Below, one piece after another: positions 27,163 through 41,200 of a stretch of DNA of 64,000 bases (position 1 is the stretch's first letter; each line of letters starts with the position of its first letter). This DNA comes from Octopus sinensis. Lineage: Eukaryota. The stretch lies in NCBI RefSeq assembly GCF_006345805.1, contig NC_043005.1, forward strand, positions 76,508,001-76,572,000. Reading direction: 5' to 3'. Below the pieces are notes generated by a model, which was not told the DNA's origin, ran no database searches, and worked only from the letters and a program-made list of their open reading frames with translations. A program made the position numbers and the translations under genes.

Positions 27163-28603
27163 CCTTTCGTTTAATTAAGAATTCTTGCCTATATAATATA
27201 ACACATCATCTCAACTTATTTCACAAAATCTTTGCCATTGCCCCATTTGAGTTACTTCCCTTAACTCATATTTCTTGACTACGCAAATTATACTGTTAAA
27301 AATTTTTCGTAATTTTCTTTCTGTATTTAAGAATCTTACTCAACATAATGCAGACATGAGTAGACTATAATATACTGAAGAGATCTAATGGACAGAAACA
27401 TGTCTATATAATTATTCTTTATTTGCAGACGAAAAATTAGGCTTTCACTCAACATGTATTTTGGCTGATAAATTTTCAATTTCTTACAATTATCTGCCCT
27501 TTCCCTTTTGAGATATACTAATCATTGTTGCTTGGATTTTGTTTTCTCCAGATAAGAGGGAAATTTCAAAGAATTAAAATCATGGCATTCCGCACAACAC
27601 CTCCTCATCTATTTTTATTTAAATTTATGTCATTAGTCCATTTAGGCTATAACACAGTATTTATAGTAGCGTAGTGTTGCATTCACAAAGAATTGTCTAG
27701 TTGTGATGTCTATGTAGTGAAATGTAGTTGTTTTAGACATATCAGGACCAACTGGAAGTTACAAACCAACGCTAGAAACGCTATTTGGTCATATGACCAA
27801 CTGGAAATACCATTCACAAACCACTACTGAATAGCCTAGCATTTTATAAACAACAAATGTTGAGTAATGTAGTTTTAGATGATGTACGTAAATGATCATG
27901 AGGCACAGTGATGTAGCTAGATTGTGTGCCGCTATGAGCAGTCCTTCAGTTTGCCCGTACCCTCTGCCCCGGATGTATATAGGCTGTGATGGAACATTTT
28001 AATCATAGAATCACTCAGACCGTGTTGACTTGGTGTTAAACAAGAATAAACGCAACAGATTGGAGTAAAGAAATTCTTACACGAAAAAGAAATACAGATC
28101 TCCTTGGTGATGAATTTTACTTTGAAAATGTTTATTTAGCCATAAATTACTTCACTTAGATGTATCAGCTTGGGGGGATTTACTTACAGCTTGTAAGCAA
28201 TTATTGTAATTTTCTTGTCAAAATTGTACTTATTTCTTGTAAAATATTAGATACGTATATACGTACATGCATACAACGTATATGAATGTATGTATGTGTG
28301 TGTGTGTCTCTCTCTCTATATATATACATATATATATATATGCATATATATATATATATGTATGTATATATGTATATATATATGTATATATATATATGTG
28401 TATATATATGTATGTGTGTATATATATGTATGTATGTATATACATGTATGTGTGTATATACATGTATGTGTGTATATACATGTATGTGTGTATATACATG
28501 TATGTGTGTATATATATATATGTGTGTATATATATATATGTATGTATATATATATACCTGTATATATATATACATATATACATGCATATATATATGTATA
28601 TAT

Positions 28604-28649
<46 letters not shown>

Positions 28650-30908
28650 GTAATCTTACCAAAAGCAGTTCACCGCATTTACATGGAAACCTAATTATTT
28701 AGAAATCAGGATAATCAGTTTAAAATCTTTACGCTCTCTCTTTATGCATCTCTGTTTATCTCACCGTTTCCCCGTCTACTTGTCATCCGCAGTCATATGT
28801 AAAGCATATTTCATATGATTCTTTTTAAACTCATATATTACGTAGAAAAAAAGCTGAAATATTCCTTCGTTATTGAATTTTATCTAATCGACAGATGCAG
28901 GTAAATAATGATTTTTAAAGTATGTATAAGGCTTAGCATTTTTGGGAAGTGATATAATCAATTATAGTCACCTCAAGAACTGGAATTGTAGTCCATTTTA
29001 TTGAGCCAGAAAGATGAAAGAGAGAGGTAACATCGGTGAGATTTGAACTCAAAGAGTAAACATCCGTAATATATACAATAAGGACTATTGTCCTACACCC
29101 TTAAAAGAAATTGCGAAAATGTTCTTTAATTACAATTTTATAGTCAACAAAACGTTTCCCTTATTAACTCCAATAATTGCAAATTAAATAAAAGGGGAGC
29201 TTTAGCGGGGAAATTTAATCTTAGAATATGTATTATTAAATATGTTCACACACGTTGTGCTCTCCGGAGGCAAGTTAATGTAAGAGAGATAATAATTTCT
29301 GTATGACCTTTGGCGGCGTTAGTTGTTTGAAATTTAAAATTGCAGAATAAGGAAGAAAATGCATAGACTATACATACTGAAATTTTTGTCTTTTGGTTTA
29401 CTCATTACAATGTACTTGGACTGTCTCGCTATAGGTTGTCATGTTTAGCGCCATTTCATTCTTACTAAAAATCGCCAGTATGGTATAATTTGAGGCAAAT
29501 AAATGAAATTAAGTTAAACATTTTACGAAGCGAGACAATTCTTATAGATGGAAAAGAATTATAAGCAAGTAGATTTTAATGGAATGTGTGTCTTTTTTTC
29601 GTTTAAACTTCCTTTCTTTTTCTTCTTCATAGAGTGTTTGTACTATAGCAATCAGGAGAGGAATTGTAGTTTCACGGCGCCATTTCCCCAATTTTATTAT
29701 TTGCTTTTTTCACAATAAAAGTATTTCAAGAGAAATATGAAAGATTTCGTCACAGCTTACTCTAGTAGCATTGAAAAATCCACATTCTTCGTCTGCAATT
29801 CAAAGTAAATATCTATTCTATATTTCCGTCCTCAGCATCCATTATATTGAAAGCACTGTACAATTTCCAACCCTATTATTATTTACTTTTGATATCAAAC
29901 TATCACACTATTTGCTCATATATGCATAATTATCGAAGCTCAAATTCAGAAGAAAGAAAGAAATAATTCACGGGGATGTGTTATCTTCGACTGAATTAGC
30001 AATCCAATTTGCTAATTTTATCTAATAAATAACTGAGCATCCGTTCTACTGGTAATTGTCTGAATGGCATTTCGGTCAGACAGAACCGACCTTTTCCCGG
30101 TAAATAAGGCAATTTGCTAAATCGGCCAAAGTAAATAATATACAACTGGTCACAAATGTGTAGTGTTACAGCTTCAAGGCCGCCGAATATATGTGCTATT
30201 TTAAGACTGACACAAACAATATTTTGTCAACTGGCATAACATCTTCGCTGCCTTCCATTACCGTCCTATACTAATCTTTGTTCAAAACCTATATTTTGGA
30301 TTAATAATGTATCTTTAATGTTTTATTACTTTTTTTTTGTCGTTTTATACCAGGAAATACTACATTGAAAAGCACAAATGTAAAATGAGACTAGCCGTTA
30401 TTTCGAAAATTTAGAGCAGAACCCCCCCCCCCAAAAAAAAAACAGAATTTATAGAGGGAAAACCAGCACTATTATCATAAGCATCATCGTCGTCGTCGTC
30501 ATTATCCTTGACATCTATGTTGCCATCATCATCACCGACCTCCCCACCATCTCCTTCTCCACCCATCCTACACCACCACCCACGCTCCCTTCTTATTTTG
30601 TCTCCTCCTTATTATCATTATCGTCGTCATCGTCATCATCATCAGCAGCAGCAGCAGCAGTAGCGGCAGTAGCAGCGGTATCAAGAACCTGAAACAAAAA
30701 CATTATTACTCCACCCTCGAAACAAGATATAAGTCAATGTATTGTAATGGTAGCATTTAAGCAAACTTACGGAAATAGTTTCAAACAATAGGACGTTAAC
30801 TAGAAAGACGTATGTATGTATGTATGTATGTATGTATGTATGTATGTATGTATGTATGTATGTATTTATGTATGTATGTATGTATGTGTGGTGGTATGTA
30901 TGTATGTA

Positions 30909-30941
<33 letters not shown>

Positions 30942-31025
30942 ATGTATGTGTGTATGTATGTGTATGTGTGTTGTGTGTATGTATGTATGTATGTGTGTAT
31001 GTATGTGTGTGTGTGTGTGCATGTA

Positions 31026-31056
<31 letters not shown>

Positions 31057-31330
31057 CTATGTATGTGTGTGTATGTGTATGTATGTATGAATGTATGTAT
31101 GTATGTGATGTATACAAACAAAGCATATACGCGTTCAAAGAGACACCCGAATACATAATATATGCATAGACACAAAAACATACATATATAATAGTTCGTC
31201 TTTATTTACGTCTCTACCACATATGCGTGAATATGAGTTTGGTCGTAAAACATTTGGATTGTAAATCTGAATTCCTGACTACCATACACGCGCAAATAAC
31301 TCCTTCTTAACTACCCACTTACCTTCTGTT

Positions 31331-31383
<53 letters not shown>

Positions 31384-31562
31384 GCACGCATATACATCTA
31401 TATTCGCGCGCGCGATGGTGTACGCGTTTGTATATAAAGGCGCGTAGTTTAATATTTAGGATATTGGGCTAACGATGTTCGATACCAGGAGCTGCATTAT
31501 GTCCTCGAGCAAGACATTTTATTTCACGTTGCCTCACTATATATTATATATATATATATACA

Positions 31563-31595
<33 letters not shown>

Positions 31596-31797
31596 ATATG
31601 TATTATATATTATATATTATATATATGTTATATATATAATAGAAATATTAAAATAACTAAGTCTCTCTAAAAGAGAACAGCGGCAGCGTCCCGGAAAATA
31701 ATAGTTATCGCCATACTAATATGGCATCTTATAAAAATAATAAAAAAGCTGTCCGCTTATTAGCTCCATGAGGCCATCGCCTTAAGTTAGCTATTTG

Positions 31798-31897
31798 NNN
31801 NNNNNNNNNNNNNNNNNNNNNNNNNNNNNNNNNNNNNNNNNNNNNNNNNNNNNNNNNNNNNNNNNNNNNNNNNNNNNNNNNNNNNNNNNNNNNNNNN
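31798..31897. other. Assembly gap (100 N)
   Basis: Run of N. Confidence 1.
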
Positions 31898-32640
31898 AGC
31901 CTTAGGATTAATTAAATAACGTTTAATATTGTTTAATATTTTAATAATATTGTTAATTAGCCTTAAGATTAAATTAAATAACGTTAAATTGTTTTAAATT
32001 GTTTAATAATTCTTCAGATACTCTATCTTCTAATTAGCCCTTAAGATTAAATTAAATAAAACGTTTAATATTACCACACTCTAATATAATTTTAACATTG
32101 CTAATATATTTTCAGATACTCTATCTCTGATTAGCCTTAAGATTAAATAACGTTTTTTCCACACTCTTAATATAATATAATATTGCTAATATATTTCAGA
32201 TACTCTATCTTCGAATTAGCCTTAAGATTAAATTAAATAACGTTTAATATTATAACGTCTAATTAGCCTTAGAATTAAATTAAATAACTGGTTAATATTG
32301 CTTAATATTGTATATATAATTTTTCAGATACTCTGTCTCTAATAGCCATAAGATTAATTAAATAACGTTTAATATTACCACACTCTAATATAATATTAAT
32401 ATTGCTAAATATTTTCAGATACTCTATCTCCAAATAGCCTTAAGATTAAATAACGTTTTTTTTGTTTTGTTTTTTTTTACCCACACTCTAATATAATATT
32501 AATATTGCTAATATTTTTCAGATACTCTATCTCCTAATTAGCTTAAGATTAAATAACGTTTTTACCCAAATACACGTTTTACACAACTTTAATTTGTTAA
32601 TATTCTTTCAAGTACTCTATCTTCTAATTAGCCTTAATAT
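31898..32640 (+). repeat. AT-rich tandem repeat (~85-100 bp units) upstream of LINE ORF1
   Basis: Recurrent CAGATACTCTATCT..TAATTAGCCTTAAGATTAAATTAAATAACGTTT..CCACACTCTAATATAAT, about 8-9 imperfect units. Confidence 0.85.
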
Positions 32641-32698
32641 CTTCCTGTCTTCTCTCGAACATAATTAGATAGATAAACGGATAGACGGATTATCCAGC

Positions 32699-33560
32699 AT
32701 GTCCAGAGCATGGAGACGTGACGAGCTGGATTTATTCGTACGAGCATGGGAGTGCGCCGGCGGAGATAGCCCTAGCGAGGTGATTGCGGCTGCGCTGAAG
32801 AGCAGAGGCTACAAGAGGACAGCGGCTCAGATGGGCGAAAGAGACAGGAATTCGTGCGCTCATATGCGCTTGTACGGTCGCATTGGCGCACTTGAGGCCA
32901 TCTTTGAGAACGAGCGGGGCAAGATGGCAAGGAATGGAGACGATGAAAGAAGTCACCCCCCACCTGGTGGACGCCCAGGAGGAGGTTTGAATGAGAAACC
33001 TGCCCGGAAGTGAACCCAGGTGCAAGTTCTCCAACCGGCAGCAAGGGCCATGGAGACGGAGAACCCGGTGAAGAGGTAGAGGGAGGAAGAAGAACTAAAA
33101 GAAGGACTGGAAGAGCTAAAGGAAAAGAAAAAGCTCAAGCAGGACCAAAGAGAGAAACAACCAGGAGTAGAAGTGGAACCGCAAGGATGGAACCAAACAG
33201 CGCACACGGGTGTGTATGTTTCTACTGAGAGGTTCCTGCTGGCACGGAAAGGAAGGTGCAGGCTGCCGCTTTGCACATCGGGGACCCTGCCACAGAGACA
33301 CGAGGCAGATGGACAAACCATCAACACAAAGAAAAGGGATGGACTACGCACCACCTGCCCCAAAGCGGAGGTACGCAGATGTTGTGCGCGCCACAAACAG
33401 CCAACATTGATGTTGTCGAAAGAGCAGCTGCTGAGCAACAATCTTTTTTGTGCATGGCAAAAAGATTGTACAGCAGCTGACCTGGCTTCATCAAACCCAA
33501 GCCCGCAGGTGGGACTACCCACTATATACCAGACCACCACAGCAAACAGACACAGGATGG
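32699..33560 (+). pseudogene. Frameshifted LINE ORF1 (Myb/SANT-like start, CCCH finger)
   Basis: MSRAWRRDELDLFVRAW...GYKRTAAQ, then CMFLLRGSCWHGKEGAGCRFAH at ~33210. Confidence 0.72.
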
Positions 33561-36530
33561 ACACCGCCGGCAACAACGTACACCTCACCTCGATACTTAC
33601 TGAACATCAGAGGACTGCAAACACTCAGTAACAGGACAAAGATCCCGTTCCTGAGAGACTTTGTTGCATGCAATCAAGCCTTATGCATAGCACTTACAGA
33701 AACGCACCTGAAACCGGACATAGCAGATGCGGAGTTTACACATACCACAGTATGCTGTACTACGGACCGACAGGAAAGAAGGAGTCATGGAGGTGTTGCT
33801 ATGTACATCCGTGAGGACCTCACACCCCAGGTCCTCTTGTCCATACTCAAACTCGGTGTGTGACACACTAATTGTACATATTAGGCAACTTGATGTAGTT
33901 GTGTGTGCTACATATCGCCCTCCAGATGCCCCAAGCCATGTGGGCAAGTTTGAAGACTGCCTTATAAAAATAGAAGAAATTCTAACCACATTAGAACACA
34001 CATAGGTGTGCTTCTTATGGGAGACTTCAATCTGCCCAATGTCAGATGGCCCGAGGGCCTTTCTCTCCCAGGAATGACAAGATGTGAACGAGGACAGGCG
34101 AGGTCCCTCTGAACCTCATCAACACCCTGTACATGGAGCAGGTAATACTCCAACCAACCAGGGCAGGTAACACACGGATCTCTGCTTCACAAATGACATG
34201 GATCTCATCCATAATGTGAAAGTGACACCGACACTACTCTCGGATCACAACATGATAGAGCTGACCATGTACGGGCCAAAAGGAGTCACGGACATGCAGC
34301 CTACAAGAAACCCTCAAAATCTTTCCAGCTTGGACTACCATAAAGGCAAACTGGAAACAATTGAGAAATAGATCCTCAAACAAAACTGGCCTAAATTGTC
34401 TCTCCTCGCCAGACATCGACGTGAAACCTTCAACAATTCATGTCTGTAATGCAAGCATATATGCTACAAATGTGTCCCAGAGAGAAAGGCCACTGTACAC
34501 AAGAACAAAATCCCCAGAGAGAGGAAAATTTTAATGGAACGGGCGTAGCGAAATTTTCAAATCGCCTAAACAACAGATTGAAAGCAGTGAAAAGTCCCGC
34601 CTAAAAATAAAACTGTTGGAAATCGAAAAATGTCTGCAACTCTCCCATGAAAAAGAAAGAGCAGACAAAGAAGCTGGGCTATAGAAACATAAAATCTAAC
34701 CCCAGAGCTTTCTACAGGTATGCCAAAGAAACAGCTACGGTGCACTGTAGAATAGGGCCACTCTTCGAAAAGGATGGCACACTTACAGAAAACCAATGAG
34801 GGTAAGTTGAAATACTGAATGAGCAATTCGAGATGTTTTTCACTCCACCTCTTGGCATCTCCAAATCACCAATCCAACTGACTTTTTTACCACTGCAGGT
34901 ATAAAATCAGAGGCGGCGACGATAGATTACATCGAATAAAGGAGACGATGTAACCAAGGCTATAGATGAAATGAAAACAGACTCAGCTACTGGCCCCGAT
35001 GGATTCCCGGCAATCCTCCTAAAAGCATGTAAGAGAGTCCTAGCAAGACCACTGCAGTTCCTCTTCAGAGCTCCTTCAGCTGGCAAAACTTCCAGGAAAA
35101 CTGAAAGGAAGGTAAAATATGCCCCATTCATAAAGGAGGTAGCAGAGCGAAGCCAAGAAATATAGACCTATCCTCTGACCTCACACATCAGCAAGGTCAT
35201 GGAACGAATAGTCAGAAGGAAGCTGATCACCTTCCTTGAAGAGAATGACTTGCTGCCCGACACGCCAAACATGGTTCCGACCAGGGAGAAGCTGTTTAAC
35301 TCAACTCCTACACACTATGACTGGGTGCTGAAACGGCTGCTCAACCACTCAAATGTGGAAGTGATATATCTCGACTTTGCAAAGGCCTTTGATAAAGTCG
35401 ATCATGGAATGATATGTCACAAACTGCGTGATCTCAACATAGTTGGAAAACTGGAGAATGGCTTCATGACTTTCTGAAGGATAGAAGTCAGGTGGTAGTA
35501 GCCAATGGGGCCACCTCCATTAACACACAAAATAGTGAGCGGTGTTCCGCAGGGCACTGTTCTGGGACCACTACTGTTCAATAATGGCCCTCTCAGACAT
35601 GCCCTCAGCCACGCAGAGAGCCACGATCACAAGTTATGCAGATGATAACAAAAGTTTCACAGGCAATACAGAACCCTGAAGGACACTAAACACCTGCAAT
35701 GTGAGCTGGACGAAATATACAGTGGGGCTGAAAAGAATAGCATGCAGTTCAATGCTGAAAAGTTTCAAGCTTTATACTATCAGCATGCAAAACTGAATGC
35801 AATACCCAATGAATACACTGGACCCGGAGGGATTGCAATCCCAGAGGCACAATCAGTGCGTGACCTGGGTATTCACATGAGTGATGACGCGACCTTTCAT
35901 TACATGTTGCTAAACTGACAATGAAATGTCGACGGCTGGCTGGATTGATTCTTAGAACCTTTAGAACAAGAGAAGCAGAAACCCATGATGGTCCCTGGAA
36001 GACCACTTGTCCTAAGCCACTTTGACTATGCTCTCAGCTATGGTCACCATCCAGTGTCAAGTTGATCACAGAACTTGAGGCGATCCAAACTCAAACAACA
36101 AAGATAGCCTCTATGCAGAATGTAAGCTACTGGGAAAGACTCAAGAGATTCAAATTATATTCCCTGGAGCGTAGGCGGGAAAGATATGCCATAATATACA
36201 TCTGGAAGATCTGGAGGGAAGGGTCCTGAACTTTGGCATCGAGAGTTACGCAAATGCCAGAAACTGGGGACGCCACTGCGTGGTGCCTAGGACTCCAAAC
36301 CTGCCATCAAGATGTAGGCCAAGATTCTGTGATAGCCTGGGGCTTCCGAGGCCCACAGCTCTTCAACATATCCTCCGAAGAACCTGAGAGGCCTGCATGG
36401 GGTGGATACAGATGTCTTTAAAATGAAGCTGGATCTCTCCTGTCAGGTGTCCCCAGATGAACCAACTTCAAGGCAGGAGGGGCAGATGAGGGCCTGCATC
36501 GAACAAATCTCTCATGCACACCAAATAGCA
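33557..36530 (+). pseudogene. Frameshifted LINE ORF2 (APE + RT)
   Basis: LLNIRGL, ALTETHL, GGVAMYI, YRPP, MGDFNLP, SDHN, GPDGFPAILLK, YLDFAKAFDKVDH, GVPQGTVLGPLLF, YADD, scattered across frames. Confidence 0.92.
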
Positions 36531-36730
36531 GTTGCTAGAAAGCCTCCATGAAGTGAAACCAAGTAGCAACACCAAATGGCGGTGCCCAGCATGGCCACAG
36601 CTCATAAGCTGACTAGAAATCATCAATCAATCATCATATAGTATATATATATTATATATATAGATATATATATTATATGTATATATAGATATATGTATAT
36701 ATATATGTATATATATATAATATAATATAT

Positions 36731-36764
<34 letters not shown>

Positions 36765-36776
36765 TGTATATATATG

Positions 36777-36807
<31 letters not shown>

Positions 36808-36818
36808 ATATATATAGA

Positions 36819-36878
<60 letters not shown>

Positions 36879-36915
36879 GTATATATATATATATATGTTA
36901 TATATATATATATGT

Positions 36916-36952
<37 letters not shown>

Positions 36953-36971
36953 GTATATATATGTATATATG

Positions 36972-37004
<33 letters not shown>

Positions 37005-37010
37005 GTATAT

Positions 37011-37055
<45 letters not shown>

Positions 37056-37175
37056 ATATGTATATATGTATATATGTATTTATATGTATATTTATATATA
37101 TATGTATGTATATATGTATATATTTATATATATATGTGTGTATATGTATATATGTGTATATATATGTATATATAG

Positions 37176-37793
37176 GTAAACGTTAAAAAAACACAAACTG
37201 GGACAAGAACGTGAAACATTTTGAAGACGGCAAAAAAACACACAGACGGGACTTTCGAAGCTCTCAGTCATCAGTCAAGAACCAGATCATCTTCGCAATT
37301 TCGGCTGATTAATCTTGAGATTGCTCCAATCTGGGCAGCCAACCAAGGGAAATCTAAGCCAATCGCATTAGATTCCTTGGAAGAAAACCTCGAAAGTATA
37401 CAACACGGTGACGGAAAAACGGACGATGTTACTCGAAAAAAAAAATTCAAAAATACGTAAAAACAATAAAGAAAGCACGGATAAAAATACAAAATAACGT
37501 AAAAACAATCATAACAAAACCAGGACGTCAGGACAAGCGTCTTTCGACAGGACGAGTTGAGTATAGGGCTGGCTGTGGTAAAAATGCCTGAAGGCAAACG
37601 GAGCACAAACACATACGTGTGGTCAAGCCAACTACTTGATGCGAAAGGCAGTAGTAGCTAGCTGGTCACGTGAGCACAAAAAGGAGGAAGGGACAGGTGA
37701 AGAGAGAAGCAGGAGAGGGAAAGGGATAGGTCAAGTGGGGTATAAGGTCTGAGAGGCAGAGAAATGTGGGAGAGGAGGGACGGAGGAAGAGAG

Positions 37794-37795
<2 letters not shown>
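37176..37795. repeat. Unclassified TA-embedded repeat, possibly a Penelope-like terminal region
   Basis: Sharp borders with (TA)n on both sides. Minus strand has CTGATGA...GAAAGTC near 37250-37275 without a clear stem I. Confidence 0.4.
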
Positions 37796-37825
<30 letters not shown>

Positions 37826-37840
37826 ATATATATATATATG

Positions 37841-37877
<37 letters not shown>

Positions 37878-37888
37878 ATGTATATATA

Positions 37889-37966
<78 letters not shown>

Positions 37967-38035
37967 ATATATATATGTATATATGTATATATATATGTAT
38001 ATATGTATATATATATATGTATATATGTATATATA

Positions 38036-38085
<50 letters not shown>

Positions 38086-38207
38086 ATATATATATATATG
38101 TATATATGTATATATATATATAACTTAGAATAACTTAGAAAGGTTTTGGCCAGTATTGGCCCAGGCCATGTCTAACTTAATAGCACCACCTGGTGAAGTC
38201 TTTCAGT

Positions 38208-41200
38208 TCAGGATTTGGGCACCAAGGCCCATTCGAGCAGAGAGTTATTGTTTGCGGAGACATATCCGGGTGTGGGTGGTTTGTCCGGTACTGTTTGAAG
38301 GAATTTGTCCAAAGACTTCTTGAATTTTGTGTGGTCAGTTTCTTTTTTGACGTGCCCTGGTGTAATGTTGAAGAGAGCAGGTCCAATTGAGGTGAAATAG
38401 TTGTGCCGTATTGTCGTTATGTGATGCGATTTAGATTTTTGTTGTGGACGGATGGCACGTGGTCCAAGCCTTGGATGCATTTTGAAGGTGATGCCAACAT
38501 CATTCGGACAGTGCTGGTGGAATATTTTCCACATCATACAGATAATGTAGCGTTCACGGCGTCGTTGGAGTGAATACAATTTCAGCTTCTCTAGTCTACC
38601 CCAGTAGTCAAGGTCTGACATGCCATCTATCTTTTTTGTGATTGACCTTTGGGGAGCTTCAATTCTCATAATATTTTGTTTTGTGTAGGGAGACCACAGT
38701 GGACAGCAGTATTCAAGGTGGGGTCGGGCAAAAGTGGAGAAGAGAAGGATAATAGCGTGGGAATCTCTCGACTGGAAGGTTCTGAGAATCCAGGAACACA
38801 TTCTGCGGGCCATGTCAACTTTGCTGCTTATATGTGTAGCCCAGCTTATGTTGTTGTCCACTGTTACTCCCAGGTCTCTGATGTTGTTGGATGCCATGAG
38901 AATTTCTCCAGAAGGAAGAGAGTATGGGAGTTTCAGAGCGTCCTCCCTTCCAAAGTGGATCAGTTCAAATTTGTCTTCATTTAGCAACATGTTATTCTTT
39001 TCCGCCCATTGGACAACAGCCAGTAGGTCTGACTGAAGGTTTATTCGGTCATCCACGCCATTGATGACCTTCTGGAGCTTGGAGTCATCAGCGAAGGTTC
39101 TGATGTTACTGTGTTTGATGGTATCAGTAATATCATTTATGTAGATGATGAAGAGAAGTGGGCCCAACACAGTGCCTTGTGGGACACCACTGCTGACTTT
39201 GGCTGGGCTGGATTTGACTCCTTCGACTACAACATGTTGGGTTCTGTTAGACAGGAAGCACTTGATCCACTGCAGCAACTTTCCAGTGACACCAATATTG
39301 GACAGCTTTCTCAGAAGGATCTTATGATCAACCCTGTCAAAGGCCTTGCTGAAATCAAGGTAGATGACATCAGTGTTGGAACCTTCTCCCAAGGCTCTCA
39401 AAATGTCATCAAAATGATGCAGTAGCTGCGTCAGGCAATCTCTCCCATTACGGAATCCATGCTGGTTGGGGTTCAGCATATTATGCCTCTCAAGGAAGTG
39501 AGTCATACGCGATCTCAGCACCCTCTCAAATACCTTGATGATATGAGAGGTGAGTGAGATTGGACGGTAATTCACGGCAAGCGATTTGTTTCCTTTTTTG
39601 AAAACTGGGACAACAGACTGGGATAGAAGGTCCTCTGGTATATATCCAGCATCCAGTGAGTTCCGCCACAGATTGGCTAGAGGGGGTGCAAGTTGGTTTT
39701 GACACATCTTCAAGACACAAGCAGGGAACCTATCGGGACCTACTGCTGAATTATGCTTCATTTCCTTTATTGCTGCTAAGACATCAGGAGCGCCAAATGT
39801 TATGTCCGATAACGTGTATTGGGGTGTAACATCACTGATACAGCCCAGATCAGTCATATCAGGATTGCTGAAAACAGAGCAATATTGTTTCTGCAATATC
39901 TCTCCCATGGTTTTGGCATTGTCTTGAAGAGTACCATTTTCATCAATCAGAGGGCCAACAGTAGAACCAGTGACTCTGTGTTTTTTTGCAAATGAAAAGA
40001 ACACTTTGGGATTGAGTTTGATCTTCTCAATGGCCCAGGCCTCTTCAGCTCTTCGCTGACTATTGATGATAGACATCATGTTGTTTTGGAGTTTATGTTT
40101 TTTAATCTCTAGCGACGAGATGGCAGTCAGGTTGGTGTGTTGCTGTTGACAGTATTTCAGCATGTTGATCTTTTTGTTGATTCTTTTAATTTTCCTTATG
40201 AGAGATTTTCTATTTCTAGGGATTCGACACTTAGATTTGTTTGCAGATCTTAATGGGGTGTGTCTTGCACATATGTTCGTGATGGTGTCTACAAGTGACT
40301 GCCAGGACTTTTTAATGTTAGTGGGTGTGTATGTGTGCGTGAAGGACCAATCGACTTGTGCAAGATCATTATTGATCGCTTCCCAGTTTGCATTGTGGAA
40401 ATCCATAGTGTCAAATGGATGAACAGGAGGGATGACATTTGTTTTGCATTTTGGCCAGTGAAATCTCAGATCACAGAGAACCATGTCATGGTCGGAGAGT
40501 AGGGTTTTCTCCACTGCAATATTGTGGATAGTATCAGTGTGATTGCTGAAAATTAAGTCTAAGACGTTTTTGTGACATCTCGTTGGTTCGAGTACCAGTT
40601 GGGACAAGAAGAAGTCATCCATGAAGTCAAGAAGCGATTCCACTGCCTCCCTGTCAGGGGTTGAGAGAGAAGAACCTGGCGGCAGACTGTTTGTAGACCA
40701 GTCAAACCCGGGAAGGTTGAAGTCTCCCATCATTAAAATGTTGTCAGGTTGACACTGCTGAATGAAACACTTTATGCTATTGAGGCATTCCTTGAAGCAT
40801 GGTAGGGGCGTTTGGGGTGATCTGTAGAGCCCAATTACTGTTAAGTTGTTGGTTTGACTGAATACAGCGACTACTTCGCAGTATCCATTCGAAAATATGT
40901 TCATGGCTTCTGTTGAGAATGAATCATGGACATAAATGGCAGTCCCACCCTTTCTTCTGCCAGCACGATCAGCACGAATGGTTTTGAAATTTTTAACTTT
41001 CACCTCGGCTTCCAAGTGGAGGTCACTAAGATGTGTTTCAGTGAGGACGAAGAAAGGGATGTGGTTTGGATGGACCTCGACCCAGTCCTCCAGGAATCTT
41101 ATCTTCCATTTTTGTGTATTGGTGGAAGGGCTGATGCCTTGGGCATTAAGCAGAAATGTTGAGGCGAGAGTGGATGGTTTTAATTGTTTTGGTGATTTGT

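Larger units (their letters stand above)
31898..36635 (+). mobile_element. Degenerate APE-RT LINE related in architecture to the 38-43 kb element
   Basis: Tandem-repeat 5' region, ORF1 fragments, ORF2 fragments in alternating frames, 3' stem-loop and (ATCA)n-like tail. The 5' end is cut by the assembly gap. Confidence 0.9.

Noticed and set aside
30480-30680. Mixed CAT/CGT/CAG trinucleotide tract resembling a low-complexity exon
   Set aside because: No splice context or sustained ORF.
31898-32640. Repeat-spacer appearance resembling a CRISPR array
   Set aside because: The intervening segments are themselves repeated, there are no cas genes, and the context is eukaryotic.
37245-37280. CTGATGA...GAAAGTC hammerhead candidate on the minus strand
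   Set aside because: Stem I and stem III cannot be formed convincingly.
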